A stretch of DNA of 62,984 bases, filler included. It is 4 parts of 4 records of this genome, joined end to end, with 100 filler letters (N's around TTAATTAATTAA, not from the genome) between each part and the next. Parts side by side here need not be neighbours in the genome. Positions count along the whole stretch, not along the records: positions 1 to 24,694 come from SRR20825006_1100; positions 24,795 to 50,668 come from SRR20825006_1104; 2 more parts are not named here. One strand, given 5' to 3'. The stretch's first letter is position 1. The number at the start of each line of letters is the position of its first letter. The notes beneath the pieces were generated by a model that did no database searches, was not told the DNA's origin, and saw nothing but the letters and a program-made list of their open reading frames with translations. Below are positions 19,425 through 29,222 of this stretch, one piece after another. A program made the translations under genes and the position numbers.

Positions 19425-20270
19425 TTAGGCGGCTTCCTCGTTGAGGAGGTCGCCGAGTAGGGCCTCGAAGTTTTCCAGCTGTTCGCGGTTGTCGTGATCC
19501 CAGGGATGGAAGCCGGGTTTGAACCAGTCGAACCAGGGTTTGGTGATATTCAGGAAAATCCCTTTGCGGCCCCAGGTGTGTTTGGCCACGGCGCGCCAGC
19601 CTTTCAGGTCGGTGAGGCCGCCCTTGATCCGCACGTTGTGCAGGTAGAAAGGGATAAACAGGGCAAAGAAAACGCCGGTGGCCAGCACCAGTGTGCTGCT
19701 GCGCAGGGCGTAGGCCCCCAGGTTGCTGTCGTCGCCGATGACGGTACGGTACACGTCGAAGGCCACGGCTTTATGCTCGGTTTCTTCCAGGGCGTGCCAG
19801 TTCCAGATCGCCTTGTAGCCTTCATCGGAGCCGTCCATCAGCTCCGGCAGGTCCAGCAAACCGCCGCCGAGAATGGCGGTCAGGTGTTCCAGTGCCACAG
19901 TCGCCGCCAGCTGAAAGGATTTCGGGCTGCGCTGCTGGAGAGTGTCGAGCAGCTTGGCCACAAAGGCCTCCTGGGCATGCAGGGGAATGCCGGCCTGGGC
20001 GACGAAGTCGTTGTATTCTTCGTGCTCGCGGCCGTGCATGGCTTCCTGCCCGATAAAGGCGGTCACTGCCTTTTTCAGCTCCGGGTCGGTAATCTGGTCA
20101 CGATAGTAACGGACGCTGTCGATAAAGAAGCGTTCACCCACCGGAAAAAACAGGCTCATGGTGTTGAGGAACTGGCTGACATTCAGGCCGTCCCGATGCC
20201 AGGTCAGTGCTTTGGCCGGGTTCAGGTTGAATTTCAGGTTGCGGCGGATGGGAAGAATCGAGATCGCCAT
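19425..20270 (-). CDS. Predicted metal-dependent hydrolase
   Basis: FPVGERFFI, GQEAMHGREH, ALEHLTA, WHALEETEHKAVAFDVY; start revised to ATG 20270. Confidence 0.88.
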   Translation of the reverse strand: MAISILPIRRNLKFNLNPAKALTWHRDGLNVSQFLNTMSLFFPVGERFFIDSVRYYRDQITDPELKKAVTAFIGQEAMHGREHEEYNDFVAQAGIPLHAQEAFVAKLLDTLQQRSPKSFQLAATVALEHLTAILGGGLLDLPELMDGSDEGYKAIWNWHALEETEHKAVAFDVYRTVIGDDSNLGAYALRSSTLVLATGVFFALFIPFYLHNVRIKGGLTDLKGWRAVAKHTWGRKGIFLNITKPWFDWFKPGFHPWDHDNREQLENFEALLGDLLNEEAA

Positions 20271-20289
20271 TATGCGCGCTTCCGTAACT

Positions 20290-20309
20290 GTGACATCGAG
20301 CAATGATAC
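20290..20309. promoter_or_regulatory. Operator candidate TGACA-N8-TGATA
   Basis: GTGACATCGAGCAATGATAC, matches 16709-16728. Confidence 0.55.
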
Positions 20310-20348
20310 AATGGTGCCTTGTCGCATCAAGAACTTTTTCTTCGGGAA

Positions 20349-21341
20349 ATGCAAAAAATGGCGCAAAAGAAACAGGAAGTCGCAGATCGTTTACTGGATG
20401 GATTGGTTGATTACCTGCTGGCGCGCCTTGCGCCGGCCCAGTTGGATGCCTTGATTGTTGAGGAGCTGGATTTCGTGCTGGACAAGGCGGCGGCTTATTC
20501 GCTGAACCAGTGGGTGCAGGCTGATCAAGTGTTTGCCACGGCCCAGAAATATGCGGTGCAGATGGATATCAGCGGCGCCATCCCCGAACTGGTGGGTGAC
20601 ATGGTGGAGCAGTTTTATGACCACGCCATTCAGAGCGAGCGCACCGTGGAAGAGGTGGTCGATGAAGGCGTGGTGATGGCGTTGCTGGATAAAGTCCTGG
20701 AGATTCCCCTGTCCCGCCAAGGAATGGCCTGGTTGGGCCGTAACCCGGTGTTGTTGGCGCTGTTGGCCGGGAGCGCCCAGTTGGGGCTCAAGACCTTGCT
20801 GCACCAGGGCTTGCCGGCCCCCTTGCGCAGCCAGTTGAGCAAACGCTTGCCGGAGCGCTGGTTGTCCAGCCTGGAAGCGCGGCTGCAGGAGTGGTTGTTG
20901 CGTCGTACGGAACAACTGTTAAGCGATCCTTATCTGTACCGCGATGACAATCTGGAAGAGCTGCGGGCGCTGGTGCAAGTGGCCTGGCAGGATTTCAGCC
21001 AGCGCCCGGTGGCGGACCTGAAAGAGCTGGTTAGCAGCGAGGACATTCAGGAATTGTTCGTGATCGTGTTCGAATACTGGCGCGAGCTGCGGCACACGGA
21101 TTACTTCAACGCCATGCTGGAATCCGGGGTACACGCGTTTTTCGATAAATATGGCGACACCAGCCTCACCGGCCTGCTCGATGAGCTGGGTGTTACCCGT
21201 GAATTGATGCTCGATGATGCCCGCCGTTTCCTGCCTCCGGTGATGGCCAAGCTACAGAGCGAAGGCTTGCTGGAGGCGTGGCTGCGCCGGCATCTGGGGG
21301 GGTATTTTCAGGCGGAGCAGACGCTGGAGATGCTTAATTAA
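20349..21341 (+). CDS. Hypothetical acidic, helical protein
   Basis: Long ORF with codon usage like its neighbours; no motif recognised; start uncertain (20319/20349/20358). Confidence 0.75.
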   Translation: MQKMAQKKQEVADRLLDGLVDYLLARLAPAQLDALIVEELDFVLDKAAAYSLNQWVQADQVFATAQKYAVQMDISGAIPELVGDMVEQFYDHAIQSERTVEEVVDEGVVMALLDKVLEIPLSRQGMAWLGRNPVLLALLAGSAQLGLKTLLHQGLPAPLRSQLSKRLPERWLSSLEARLQEWLLRRTEQLLSDPYLYRDDNLEELRALVQVAWQDFSQRPVADLKELVSSEDIQELFVIVFEYWRELRHTDYFNAMLESGVHAFFDKYGDTSLTGLLDELGVTRELMLDDARRFLPPVMAKLQSEGLLEAWLRRHLGGYFQAEQTLEMLN

Positions 21342-21498
21342 TAGTTAATAATGAACAATTAATAACGGCGCGAATGCGCGTTTTTTGATGTTCAAATGCA
21401 AGAGGCCGCGTCCAGACTATGGGCGCGGCCTCTCGCGTACAGGGACAGCCAAGGCAGCCCCGCGAGTTATTCATTATTAATTATTAACTATCAATTGC
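21334..21498. repeat. AT-rich heptamer-armed inverted-repeat element
   Basis: TTAATTA ATAGTTA ATAATGA ACAATTA ATAACGG ... GAGTTAT TCATTAT TAATTAT TAACTAT; internal GC hairpin 21402-21432. Confidence 0.85.
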
Positions 21499-24363
21499 TT
21501 TTCTATACGCCTGGGTGTGCAGCAATTCCAGCAGCTCGTTTTCCGGCACCGGGCGGCTGAGCAGGAAGCCCTGGATGCTGTCGCAATGCATATCGCGCAG
21601 GATGCTCAGGTGGTCTTCGGTTTCCACCCCTTCGGCGATCACGTTCATCTTCAGGCTGTGGGCCATGTCGATGATGGCGCGGGTGATGGCGGCATCGTCC
21701 GGGCTCTTGTCCAGATCCATGATGAAGGAGCGATCGATCTTGAGGGTGTCTACCGGGAAACGCTTCAGGTAGCTCAGTGACGAATAGCCGGTGCCAAAGT
21801 CATCCAGCGCCAGCTCAATGCCGCGGGTGCGCAGTTGCTGAAGCAGTTCGATGTTCTGCTCCATGTCTTCCATGATCAGGCTTTCGGTGAGTTCCAGTTC
21901 CAGCAGGTGCGGGGGCAGTTCGGTGGTGGACAGCACCCGGTCCACGATTTCCGCCACGTTGCCTTTGCGGAACTGGTGAGCGGACAGGTTGACCGATACA
22001 CAGATATTGCCCAGCCCCTGTTTGTACCACTTGTGGGCCTGGCGACAGGAGCGTTCCAGTACCAGCTCGCCGATGGCGGAAATCAGCCCGGTTTCTTCGG
22101 CCAGGGGAATGAAATCCGCTGGCGGCAGCAGGCCCATGGTGGGGTGCTGCCAGCGCACCAGGGCTTCTACCGAGGTGATGCGGTTGCTGGCCAGTTCCAT
22201 TTTCGGCTGGTAGTACACCACGAATTCGTTCTTGAAGATGGCCTTGCGCAGGCTGGTTTCCAGGGCCAACTGTTCTACTGACGCCACGCGCATGTTGCTG
22301 CGGTAGAACTGAAAATTATTGCCGCCGCTACGCTTGGCCTGATACACCGCCATGTCGGACTGGTTGATCATGCTCTGGGCTTCTTTGGCGGTATCCGGGA
22401 ACAGGCTGATACCAATGCTGGCGCCCAGCAGCAGTTCGTGGCCGTCGATCAGGAACGGCTTTTTCATGGCGTTGATCAGTTTCTGGCACTGCTGGCTGAT
22501 GCCGCCTTCGCCGCCGTGATTCTCCAGCAGCAGGGTAAATTCATCACCGCCTACCCGGGCCAGGGCTTCTTCGCCACCGGCGTGTTGGGCAATACGTTCG
22601 GCGGCGGCCTTGAGCAGGCGGTCGCCGATTTCATGGCCGAGGGATTCATTGATTGGCTTGAAGCGGTCCAGGTCGATCATCAGCAAGGCCACTTTTTCCC
22701 GGTTCAAGCGGGCCAGCGTTAGCGACTTGTGCAGGTGTTCACGGAACTGGGTGCGGTTGGCCAGGCCGGTGAGGCGATCGTAGTTGGACAGGAACTGCAG
22801 TTGTTGTTCGGTTTCCTTGCGGGTGGTCAGGTCAGACATCATTCCCACATAGCGGATCACCCGTTTCTGCTCGTCACGGACGGCGCTCATCTGCAACCAT
22901 TCGGGGAAGATCTCGCCGTTGCGGCGGCGCTCGCTGATTTCCCCTTCCCAGAAGCCGCTTTCCTGCAGGGCTGTGGTAATGCTCAGGTAGGTGTCGCGGT
23001 TGGGCTGAGTCTGTTCTTCTTCCAGGATGCGGCGGCCAATGACCAGGGACTCGGAATAGCCGGTGATCTGTTCAAAGCGGGCGTTAACGGCGAGGAAGCG
23101 GAACTCGTGATCAAGGATAAAAATGCCTTCCGGGGCGTTTTCGAACACGGTGGCGGCCAGGCGTTGCTGTTCCTGGGCCTGGCGGTCATCGGTGATGTCC
23201 CGGCGGGTGCCGATCATGCGGGTGGCGCGGCCGTCGCGGCTGCGGGATACCACTCGGCCTTCATCCTCAATCCAGCGCCAGCTGCCGTCCGCGTGGCGCA
23301 GCCGGTAGACCGCATGGTAGCGGCTGTCTTCGCCCTTGAAGTGCGCGACCATGGCGCGGCGGATGCGGGTCAGGTCGTCCGGGTGGACCAGGGTTTCCAG
23401 GTCGCCGAAGAAATTCTTGAAGTAGGCGCTGTCGTAACCCAGCAGGCGGTCGAAGTTGGTGTGGTAGTTGCGCCCGGTATCCAGCATCCAGTCCCACAGG
23501 CCAATATTGCTGGCTTCCAGTGCCAGTTCCAGCCGTTCGCTGGTGGCGGCAAGGGCCGAGTTGGTTTCACCCAGCGCCTGGGTGCGTTCCTGCACCATGC
23601 TTTCCAGTCGCTCGTTGGTTTCCTGCAGCCGCTGGCGGGCTTCCTTGCGCTCGTAGATTTCCTGGGCGAGTTTCTCGTTCAGGGCTTCGGCATCGCTGCG
23701 GGCCCGGTTCAGGTAATCAATCAGGGAACGGTTGCTGGCCTGCAGCATCATTGCCTGGTGGCCGGTGCGGTTGATGCGGCGGGCGGCGACCAGGAAGAAC
23801 AGCCCCAGCAGTGACATCAGTACAACCAGGGAAAGCGGATGGTTCTGTTGGGTCTCCGCCAGGCGGGCCACGGCCGGGCCCAGCAGCATTACCAGGTACA
23901 GGAACACGGTGGGGAAATGGCTGCTGTAGGCGGCCAGCGCCATGACACTCAGGCCCAGACCCAGGCAGGCGCAAATCAGCTGTGCGCCCAGCATCTGCGG
24001 GGAAAACAGGGTTTCCAGGGGGTTGAACAGGAAGCCAGCCAGACCGATCAGCAACGGTGTGGACAGGGCCAGCCCGGAGAGCATGCGGCGGCAGAACGGC
24101 ATGGTTTCCTGGGCATTAAGACGGCGACGACAATAGGGCAGGATCAGCAGGCGAGCGATCTGGACCGCCGCAATGACACCCAGCCAGATCAGCAGGGGCT
24201 GGTGGGCAATCGGGGTAAACCAGTAAGCCCAGACCAGGGTAATGGCGGCGGCACTTTCCAGCAGCAACAGGGCGGCAATGCCGCTTAGCAGCAATTGGCA
24301 CTGTTCATTAAGTACACCGTTGAACGGTGGTACTGGCTGGGATGATGGAGACTGCGAAGACAC
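21484..24363 (-). CDS. Membrane PAS-PAS-GGDEF-EAL c-di-GMP enzyme
   Basis: TM region, PAS/PAC domains, [22 protein letters not shown]; likely GTG start at 24363 after AGAGGA. Confidence 0.92.
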   Translation of the reverse strand: MSSQSPSSQPVPPFNGVLNEQCQLLLSGIAALLLLESAAAITLVWAYWFTPIAHQPLLIWLGVIAAVQIARLLILPYCRRRLNAQETMPFCRRMLSGLALSTPLLIGLAGFLFNPLETLFSPQMLGAQLICACLGLGLSVMALAAYSSHFPTVFLYLVMLLGPAVARLAETQQNHPLSLVVLMSLLGLFFLVAARRINRTGHQAMMLQASNRSLIDYLNRARSDAEALNEKLAQEIYERKEARQRLQETNERLESMVQERTQALGETNSALAATSERLELALEASNIGLWDWMLDTGRNYHTNFDRLLGYDSAYFKNFFGDLETLVHPDDLTRIRRAMVAHFKGEDSRYHAVYRLRHADGSWRWIEDEGRVVSRSRDGRATRMIGTRRDITDDRQAQEQQRLAATVFENAPEGIFILDHEFRFLAVNARFEQITGYSESLVIGRRILEEEQTQPNRDTYLSITTALQESGFWEGEISERRRNGEIFPEWLQMSAVRDEQKRVIRYVGMMSDLTTRKETEQQLQFLSNYDRLTGLANRTQFREHLHKSLTLARLNREKVALLMIDLDRFKPINESLGHEIGDRLLKAAAERIAQHAGGEEALARVGGDEFTLLLENHGGEGGISQQCQKLINAMKKPFLIDGHELLLGASIGISLFPDTAKEAQSMINQSDMAVYQAKRSGGNNFQFYRSNMRVASVEQLALETSLRKAIFKNEFVVYYQPKMELASNRITSVEALVRWQHPTMGLLPPADFIPLAEETGLISAIGELVLERSCRQAHKWYKQGLGNICVSVNLSAHQFRKGNVAEIVDRVLSTTELPPHLLELELTESLIMEDMEQNIELLQQLRTRGIELALDDFGTGYSSLSYLKRFPVDTLKIDRSFIMDLDKSPDDAAITRAIIDMAHSLKMNVIAEGVETEDHLSILRDMHCDSIQGFLLSRPVPENELLELLHTQAYRKAIDS

Positions 24364-24559
24364 CGTGAATGCTTCCTCTGGCTCTGGGCCGAGTGTTTTT
24401 GTTTTCCAGTTTACCCACAGGTTGGGGGCGAGGGAAACCGACTTTCGAATCAAGCACTGGGAGGAAAGCGGGAAAGCGGGAGAAAGCCGGGTAGGGAGGA
24501 GCAAAATGCCTTTGCAGGCGGGCATCACAGGCGAAGACATTCTGCTAAACTTCCGCGCC

Positions 24560-24694
24560 ATGGATGATGTGACTTCCCTTATTGATGGCTTGAACCCGGC
24601 CCAGCGCGATGCGGTGGCTGCCGATGACCGACATTTGCTGGTGCTGGCCGGGGCCGGCTCGGGAAAAACCCGGGTGCTGGTGCACCGGATTGCC
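24560..24694 (+). CDS. uvrD: DNA helicase II, 5' fragment (contig end)
   Basis: [28 protein letters not shown]. Confidence 0.9.
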
Positions 24695-24794
24695 NNNNNN
24701 NNNNNNNNNNNNNNNNNNNNNNNNNNNNNNNNNNNNNNTTAATTAATTAANNNNNNNNNNNNNNNNNNNNNNNNNNNNNNNNNNNNNNNNNNNN
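24695..24794. other. Artificial contig spacer
   Basis: N44-TTAATTAATTAA-N44 (stops in all six frames). Confidence 0.99.
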
Positions 24795-25313
24795 GACGAA
24801 CCACGACACCATGCCGGGATTGGCGCCGCAGCAGGAAACAGCCGTCGTGCCACCGGGGTTCCTGCGTTTTTCCTTACGTACGGTTTCACGCAAAGCATAG
24901 TTGGTGCGCTCGGCGTTATCTGCCTTTTCATCGAAATAGAAGCCAAGCCAGGGTTCAACCACCGTGTCGATGTAAAGCACACCGAGCGACCGGCAAAGCT
25001 TCATGATATCGAGGGAGGAGGTATCGACCGAGAGGTTGACGCAGAAGCCCTGGCCTTCGCCTTCCGTTAAAAGCGGCTCCAGCAGCTCTTCATAATTGTC
25101 TTTGGTGACGCCGGCATGGATGAAGCGAACGCCATGATTGGCCGCCAGACTGGCATGTGCGTCATTCGGATCAATGATCACCATGCGCGACTTGTCAAAC
25201 CGGAAATGTCGCTCGATCAGGGGCAGTGCGCCACGCCCGATGGAGCCGAATCCGATCATCACGATGGGTCCGGTGATTTCGGCATGGATCGGGTATTCCT
25301 GTTGCATTTCCAT
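24795..25313 (-). CDS. hss: Homospermidine synthase, 5' part (truncated by contig end)
   Basis: IGFGSIG, VNLSVD, YIDTVVEPW, CCGANPGMVSWFV. Confidence 0.93.
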
Positions 25314-25339
25314 ATCCTTCTGATCTCGGTTCGGCCTGA

Positions 25340-25520
25340 TGCGGTACACATTCTCTTAAACGCTTCCGGGTCCGGCGGCGTGTGCCTGTGTTCCCTCAAA
25401 TAAAGCGCAGTCTGAAGAAGCGTGCTCACAATCTTCTGTCTTAGTAAAGCCGATTTAGCGGCTGTGTTCCACCGTTGAGGTCGAAACTTTCGCGAGACAG
25501 CCACGCGCATCGCAACATCT
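25340..25520 (-). ncRNA. Candidate speF-type cis-regulatory leader RNA
   Basis: 5' region of a polyamine gene; minus strand GTGGCTGT..ACAGCCGC stem enclosing TTTCGACCTCAACGGTGG; resemblance to the speF leader recalled, not computed. Confidence 0.4.
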
Positions 25521-25597
25521 GTATGTGTCGTGCGGTGCCACGCCGGACAATGCAACCGGCGGTCAGTATCAATGAGGCCGATTTTGCCGCACCGGCT

Positions 25598-25668
25598 TTA
25601 GCGCATCGGCCCGAAAATCTGAATCGATTTTCGGAAAGCACGATGTATAGGTTCAATAGATTAGAGCG
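25598..25668. repeat. Rhizobiales intergenic palindromic repeat (RIME/BRU-RS-like)
   Basis: TTAGCGCATCG-GC-CCGAAAATC-TGAATC-GATTTTCGG-AAAGCA-CGATG...TTAGAGCG. Confidence 0.7.
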
Positions 25669-25683
25669 CCGGTGCCTGAATGT

Positions 25684-25977
25684 TCAGTCCTCAATATCTT
25701 TCAGCCCTTCAAGTCCGCTGGCCGTGCGTGAAAAATCAACTTCGGTCAGTTCGGCCCTGGCGACGCCGCTCCACACGAAAGGATCTGCATTACAGATCTC
25801 CCGAACCTCTTCAAGCGAGCCTTTCGCCAGAATAACGCCACCGGTGCGCGGAACTTTGCGGCCTGAAGCAAGAAAATCGCCGGCTTCGTAGTGCTTCTGC
25901 AACCAGTTGATATGCGCGTCGAAATGCTCATGAACGAGGTCCATCGGAGCAATGTAGGTCAGTGAGATGATAATCAT
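25684..25977 (-). CDS. YciI-family protein
   Basis: HINWL..FLASGRKVPRTGGVILA..DPF. Confidence 0.88.
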   Translation of the reverse strand: MIIISLTYIAPMDLVHEHFDAHINWLQKHYEAGDFLASGRKVPRTGGVILAKGSLEEVREICNADPFVWSGVARAELTEVDFSRTASGLEGLKDIED

Positions 25978-26011
25978 GACGATCCTGGCTGATCCGATGT
26001 TGCGGGCGAGG

Positions 26012-27163
26012 TTAAAATGCGCTGTCTCCCGTGGCAAAGCGGGCTTTCAACAGAGCCTCCTGATATTCCGCACGGGCGGTTGAATCAAGGACGATGCCAC
26101 CACCGACATTGAATATCGCACGGCCATCGTCAAACAGGGAAACGGTGCGGATGGCGACATTGAAAAGCATTTCCCCCGACGGCGCGATATAGCCGATGGC
26201 ACCGCAATAGGCGCCGCGTGGATCATCTTCAAGCGTGTGGAGGAGCTTCATTGCAGCGATTTTTGGGGCGCCGGTGATGGAGCCACAGGGAAAGAGGGCT
26301 GCGAAAATATCTGAAAGCCCTGCCGTTGGCCGCAGGCGCGCCCGCACATGACTGACCATCTGATGAAGGGTTGGATAGGTTTCGATCTCGAACAGTTTCG
26401 GCACATGCACACTGCCTGCCTCGGAAATCCGCGAGATATCATTTCGCAGCAGGTCGACAATCATGCAGTTTTCGGCCAGCGTCTTCTCATCATCCAGCAT
26501 CGCGGCAATGATGGCGTCATCCTCGTCCGCCGTTTGGCCGCGTGGCGCAGTTCCCTTCATCGGATGTGTTTCGATGAAGCCGTCCCGATCCACCTTGAAG
26601 AAAAGCTCTGGCGAGCGCGAGAGAATGCGCGGTCCCTCCAGGTCGACATAGGCAGCATAACGCACCGGTTGACGGGCAGTCAGCGTCTGAAAGCCCGCAT
26701 ATGGATCGCCCTGCCAGCGGGCATGGACGGGAAAGGTGAGGTTTCCCTGATAGCAGTTTCCGGTCATCAGATTTTGATGCAGGACGTCGAACCGTTTGGC
26801 GTAATTTTCAAAAACCCAATGGGGTCGGATATCTTCCAAAAACGCTGTTCTTTGCGTCGCGCTGGTTTCGTTTTCGCGCGTGCGGCGCTCTTCCGGGGCA
26901 TCAAAAATGCCGAATGAGAGGTAGGGAACGTCCGGCTTTTCCGGTACCAGATGCGAAAGGGCGGGCTCCAGCACGAAACCCGCCTCGTAAGCCATGTACC
27001 CCGCGAGCCATTTCCCGGCCTTGCGCGCTCTGTCCATTTCGGTCAGTGCCGGGAGCACATCACCCGGCGTTTTCGCGGTAATCAGCGCGTCCGGCCTGGA
27101 AAAAACGCGCGCCTTTCCTGCGATGTCATCACAGAAGACGGCATGGGGTGAGGCGCGCATCAT
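26012..27163 (-). CDS. pabB: Aminodeoxychorismate synthase component I
   Basis: SPELFF, PMKGT, MIVDLLRND, PCGSITGAPK. Confidence 0.92.
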   Translation of the reverse strand: MMRASPHAVFCDDIAGKARVFSRPDALITAKTPGDVLPALTEMDRARKAGKWLAGYMAYEAGFVLEPALSHLVPEKPDVPYLSFGIFDAPEERRTRENETSATQRTAFLEDIRPHWVFENYAKRFDVLHQNLMTGNCYQGNLTFPVHARWQGDPYAGFQTLTARQPVRYAAYVDLEGPRILSRSPELFFKVDRDGFIETHPMKGTAPRGQTADEDDAIIAAMLDDEKTLAENCMIVDLLRNDISRISEAGSVHVPKLFEIETYPTLHQMVSHVRARLRPTAGLSDIFAALFPCGSITGAPKIAAMKLLHTLEDDPRGAYCGAIGYIAPSGEMLFNVAIRTVSLFDDGRAIFNVGGGIVLDSTARAEYQEALLKARFATGDSAF

Positions 27164-27169
27164 ATGTCA

Positions 27170-29020
27170 TCATTCGTCGTTGTCGAGTGCTTCAAGCTCA
27201 TCAATCAGACCCTCGATCATCGAAAGTCCCTTGTTCCAGAAGGCGGGGTCGGAAGCATCAAGACCGAAGGGCTTCAACAGCTCGCTGTGGTGTTTGGTGC
27301 CGCCAGCCTTGAGCATATCGAAATACTTGTCCTGAAAGCCGCTTTCAGCGTTCTGATAGACCGCATAAAGTGAATTCACCAGACAATCGCCAAAGGCATA
27401 CGCGTAGACATAGAATGGCGAGTGGATGAAGTGGGGAACATAGGTCCAGTATGTCTCATACCCGTCGGCCAGCTTGATGGCCGGGCCAAGACTTTCGGCC
27501 TGCACCGACATCCACAACTCACAAATCTGATCTTCAGTCAGCTCTCCCTCGCGCCGTGCCGTGTGAACCTTGCGTTCAAACTGATAAAACGCGATCTGGC
27601 GCACAACCGTATTGAGCATGTCCTCAACCTTCTGCGCCAGCATGGCCTTGCGGGTGGCCTTGTCCTTTGTTTTTGACAGAAGTGCACGGAAGGTCAGCAT
27701 TTCACCGAACACGGAAGCGGTCTCGGCCAGTGTCAGTGGCGTGGAGCACATCAGCGCGCCCTGATCGCCCGCCAGAACCTGATGCACGCCATGGCCCAGC
27801 TCGTGTGCCAGCGTCATCACATCGCGCGGTTTGCCGAGATAATTCACCAACACATAAGGATGAACCGATGGAACGGTTGGATGCGCAAAGGCGCCGGTGC
27901 GCTTGCCGGGGCGGATCGGTGCGTCAATCCAGTTCTCATCGAAGAACCGGCGCGCAATATCGGCCATATCGGGTGAGAACGTGCCATAAGCGGAGAGAAC
28001 AGTGTCCTTCGCCTCATCCCACGAGATCGTGCGTTCCGCGGTTTCCGGCAGCGGGGCGTTTCGATCCCAGTAGTTCATCTGCTCCATGCCAAGCCACTTC
28101 GCCTTCATCTTGTAATAGCGGTGCGAAAGGCGCGGGCAGGCATCGGTGACGGCCTCTGTCAGTGCATCCACGACTTCACGCTCGACCCGGTTTGAAAGGT
28201 GGCGGCTGTCGGCAATGTCCTCAAACCCATGCCAGCGGCTGTTGATTTCTGTGTCCTTCGCCAGCGTATTCATGATCAGCGAGAAAGTGGGAAGGTTGGC
28301 CTTGAAGGTTTTCGCAAGTGCTTCCGCTGCGGATTTGCGCACTGGCTCCTTCGTGTCGGAGAGCAGATTTAAGGCTTGCTCCAGTGGTATTTCCTTGCCG
28401 TCGACCTCAAAACGAAGGCTGTCCATCGTCTGGTCGAACAGGCGGTTGAATGCCTGCGCGCCGGTCATGGATTTTTCCATGAAAAGCTGCTCGGTCTTGT
28501 CGTCCAACTGATGCGGCTTTTCCTGTCTGAGATCGACCACCCAGGAGCGGTAATGTGCCAGGCGCTCATCGGCGGAAAGTGCTTTTTCGATCAACTCTTC
28601 ACTCAGGCGATTCAGCTCGAGTTCGAAAAACAGGAGATCAGCATAGATATCCGTGATCCGGGCCGATGTATCGCCAAAGAGCTTGCGCAGGGCCGGATCG
28701 CTGGCATTGGCAAAATAGGCAAGGCCTGCAAACGAACCGAGGCGGCCGAGCGTTTCGCCGATGGCTTCATATTCCTCAACAGCGGCGCCAAGTCCTTCGT
28801 CACCGCTTTTGCCCGCGGTTTCCTGAAGCTTGCCTTTCCACTTCTTGGAAAAGGCACGCGCCTTTTCAGCGGCTCCATCAAAATCTTTCTTGAATTCTGC
28901 TGAATCCGCACCCGGATAAAGGTGCGTCAGGTCCCATTCCGGCAAAGTGCCGAGCGCTTTCTCCTTGTCCTCTGCCTGAAGGTTTGAGGCGCTGAAACGT
29001 GGAGATGGGATGTGAGACAT
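27170..29020 (-). CDS. pepF: M3 oligoendopeptidase F
   Basis: HELGH zinc motif, AETAS, PHF..PFYVYAY. Confidence 0.92.
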   Translation of the reverse strand: MSHIPSPRFSASNLQAEDKEKALGTLPEWDLTHLYPGADSAEFKKDFDGAAEKARAFSKKWKGKLQETAGKSGDEGLGAAVEEYEAIGETLGRLGSFAGLAYFANASDPALRKLFGDTSARITDIYADLLFFELELNRLSEELIEKALSADERLAHYRSWVVDLRQEKPHQLDDKTEQLFMEKSMTGAQAFNRLFDQTMDSLRFEVDGKEIPLEQALNLLSDTKEPVRKSAAEALAKTFKANLPTFSLIMNTLAKDTEINSRWHGFEDIADSRHLSNRVEREVVDALTEAVTDACPRLSHRYYKMKAKWLGMEQMNYWDRNAPLPETAERTISWDEAKDTVLSAYGTFSPDMADIARRFFDENWIDAPIRPGKRTGAFAHPTVPSVHPYVLVNYLGKPRDVMTLAHELGHGVHQVLAGDQGALMCSTPLTLAETASVFGEMLTFRALLSKTKDKATRKAMLAQKVEDMLNTVVRQIAFYQFERKVHTARREGELTEDQICELWMSVQAESLGPAIKLADGYETYWTYVPHFIHSPFYVYAYAFGDCLVNSLYAVYQNAESGFQDKYFDMLKAGGTKHHSELLKPFGLDASDPAFWNKGLSMIEGLIDELEALDNDE

Positions 29021-29222
29021 GAAATAGCCTTCCTGAATGAATATGCGGTCTTGCTACGGCAATCAGCTGAATTTCCAAAAGATGTACGGACTCAAACGTA
29101 GCTTCGCAAGACGTGAGACCAAGATGATTTTACGCAAGGTTTTAACCGTTGGGAAAGGTTAACCTTCTATAACGGGGGCTAGGAAATTTACAGAATATTG
29201 ACTATAACGCGGCGAGACGAAG

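Noticed and set aside
21334-21341. TTAATTAA as another linker
   Set aside because: No flanking Ns, and it is in register with a genuine heptamer array.
22729-23814. Long antisense ORFs (also 13159-14067, 18292-19368, 33633-34820)
   Set aside because: Shadow frames of high-GC genes with no motifs.
24739-24750. TTAATTAATTAA repeated three times in the window
   Set aside because: Artificial six-frame stop linker inside N runs; ORFs ending in X are artefacts.
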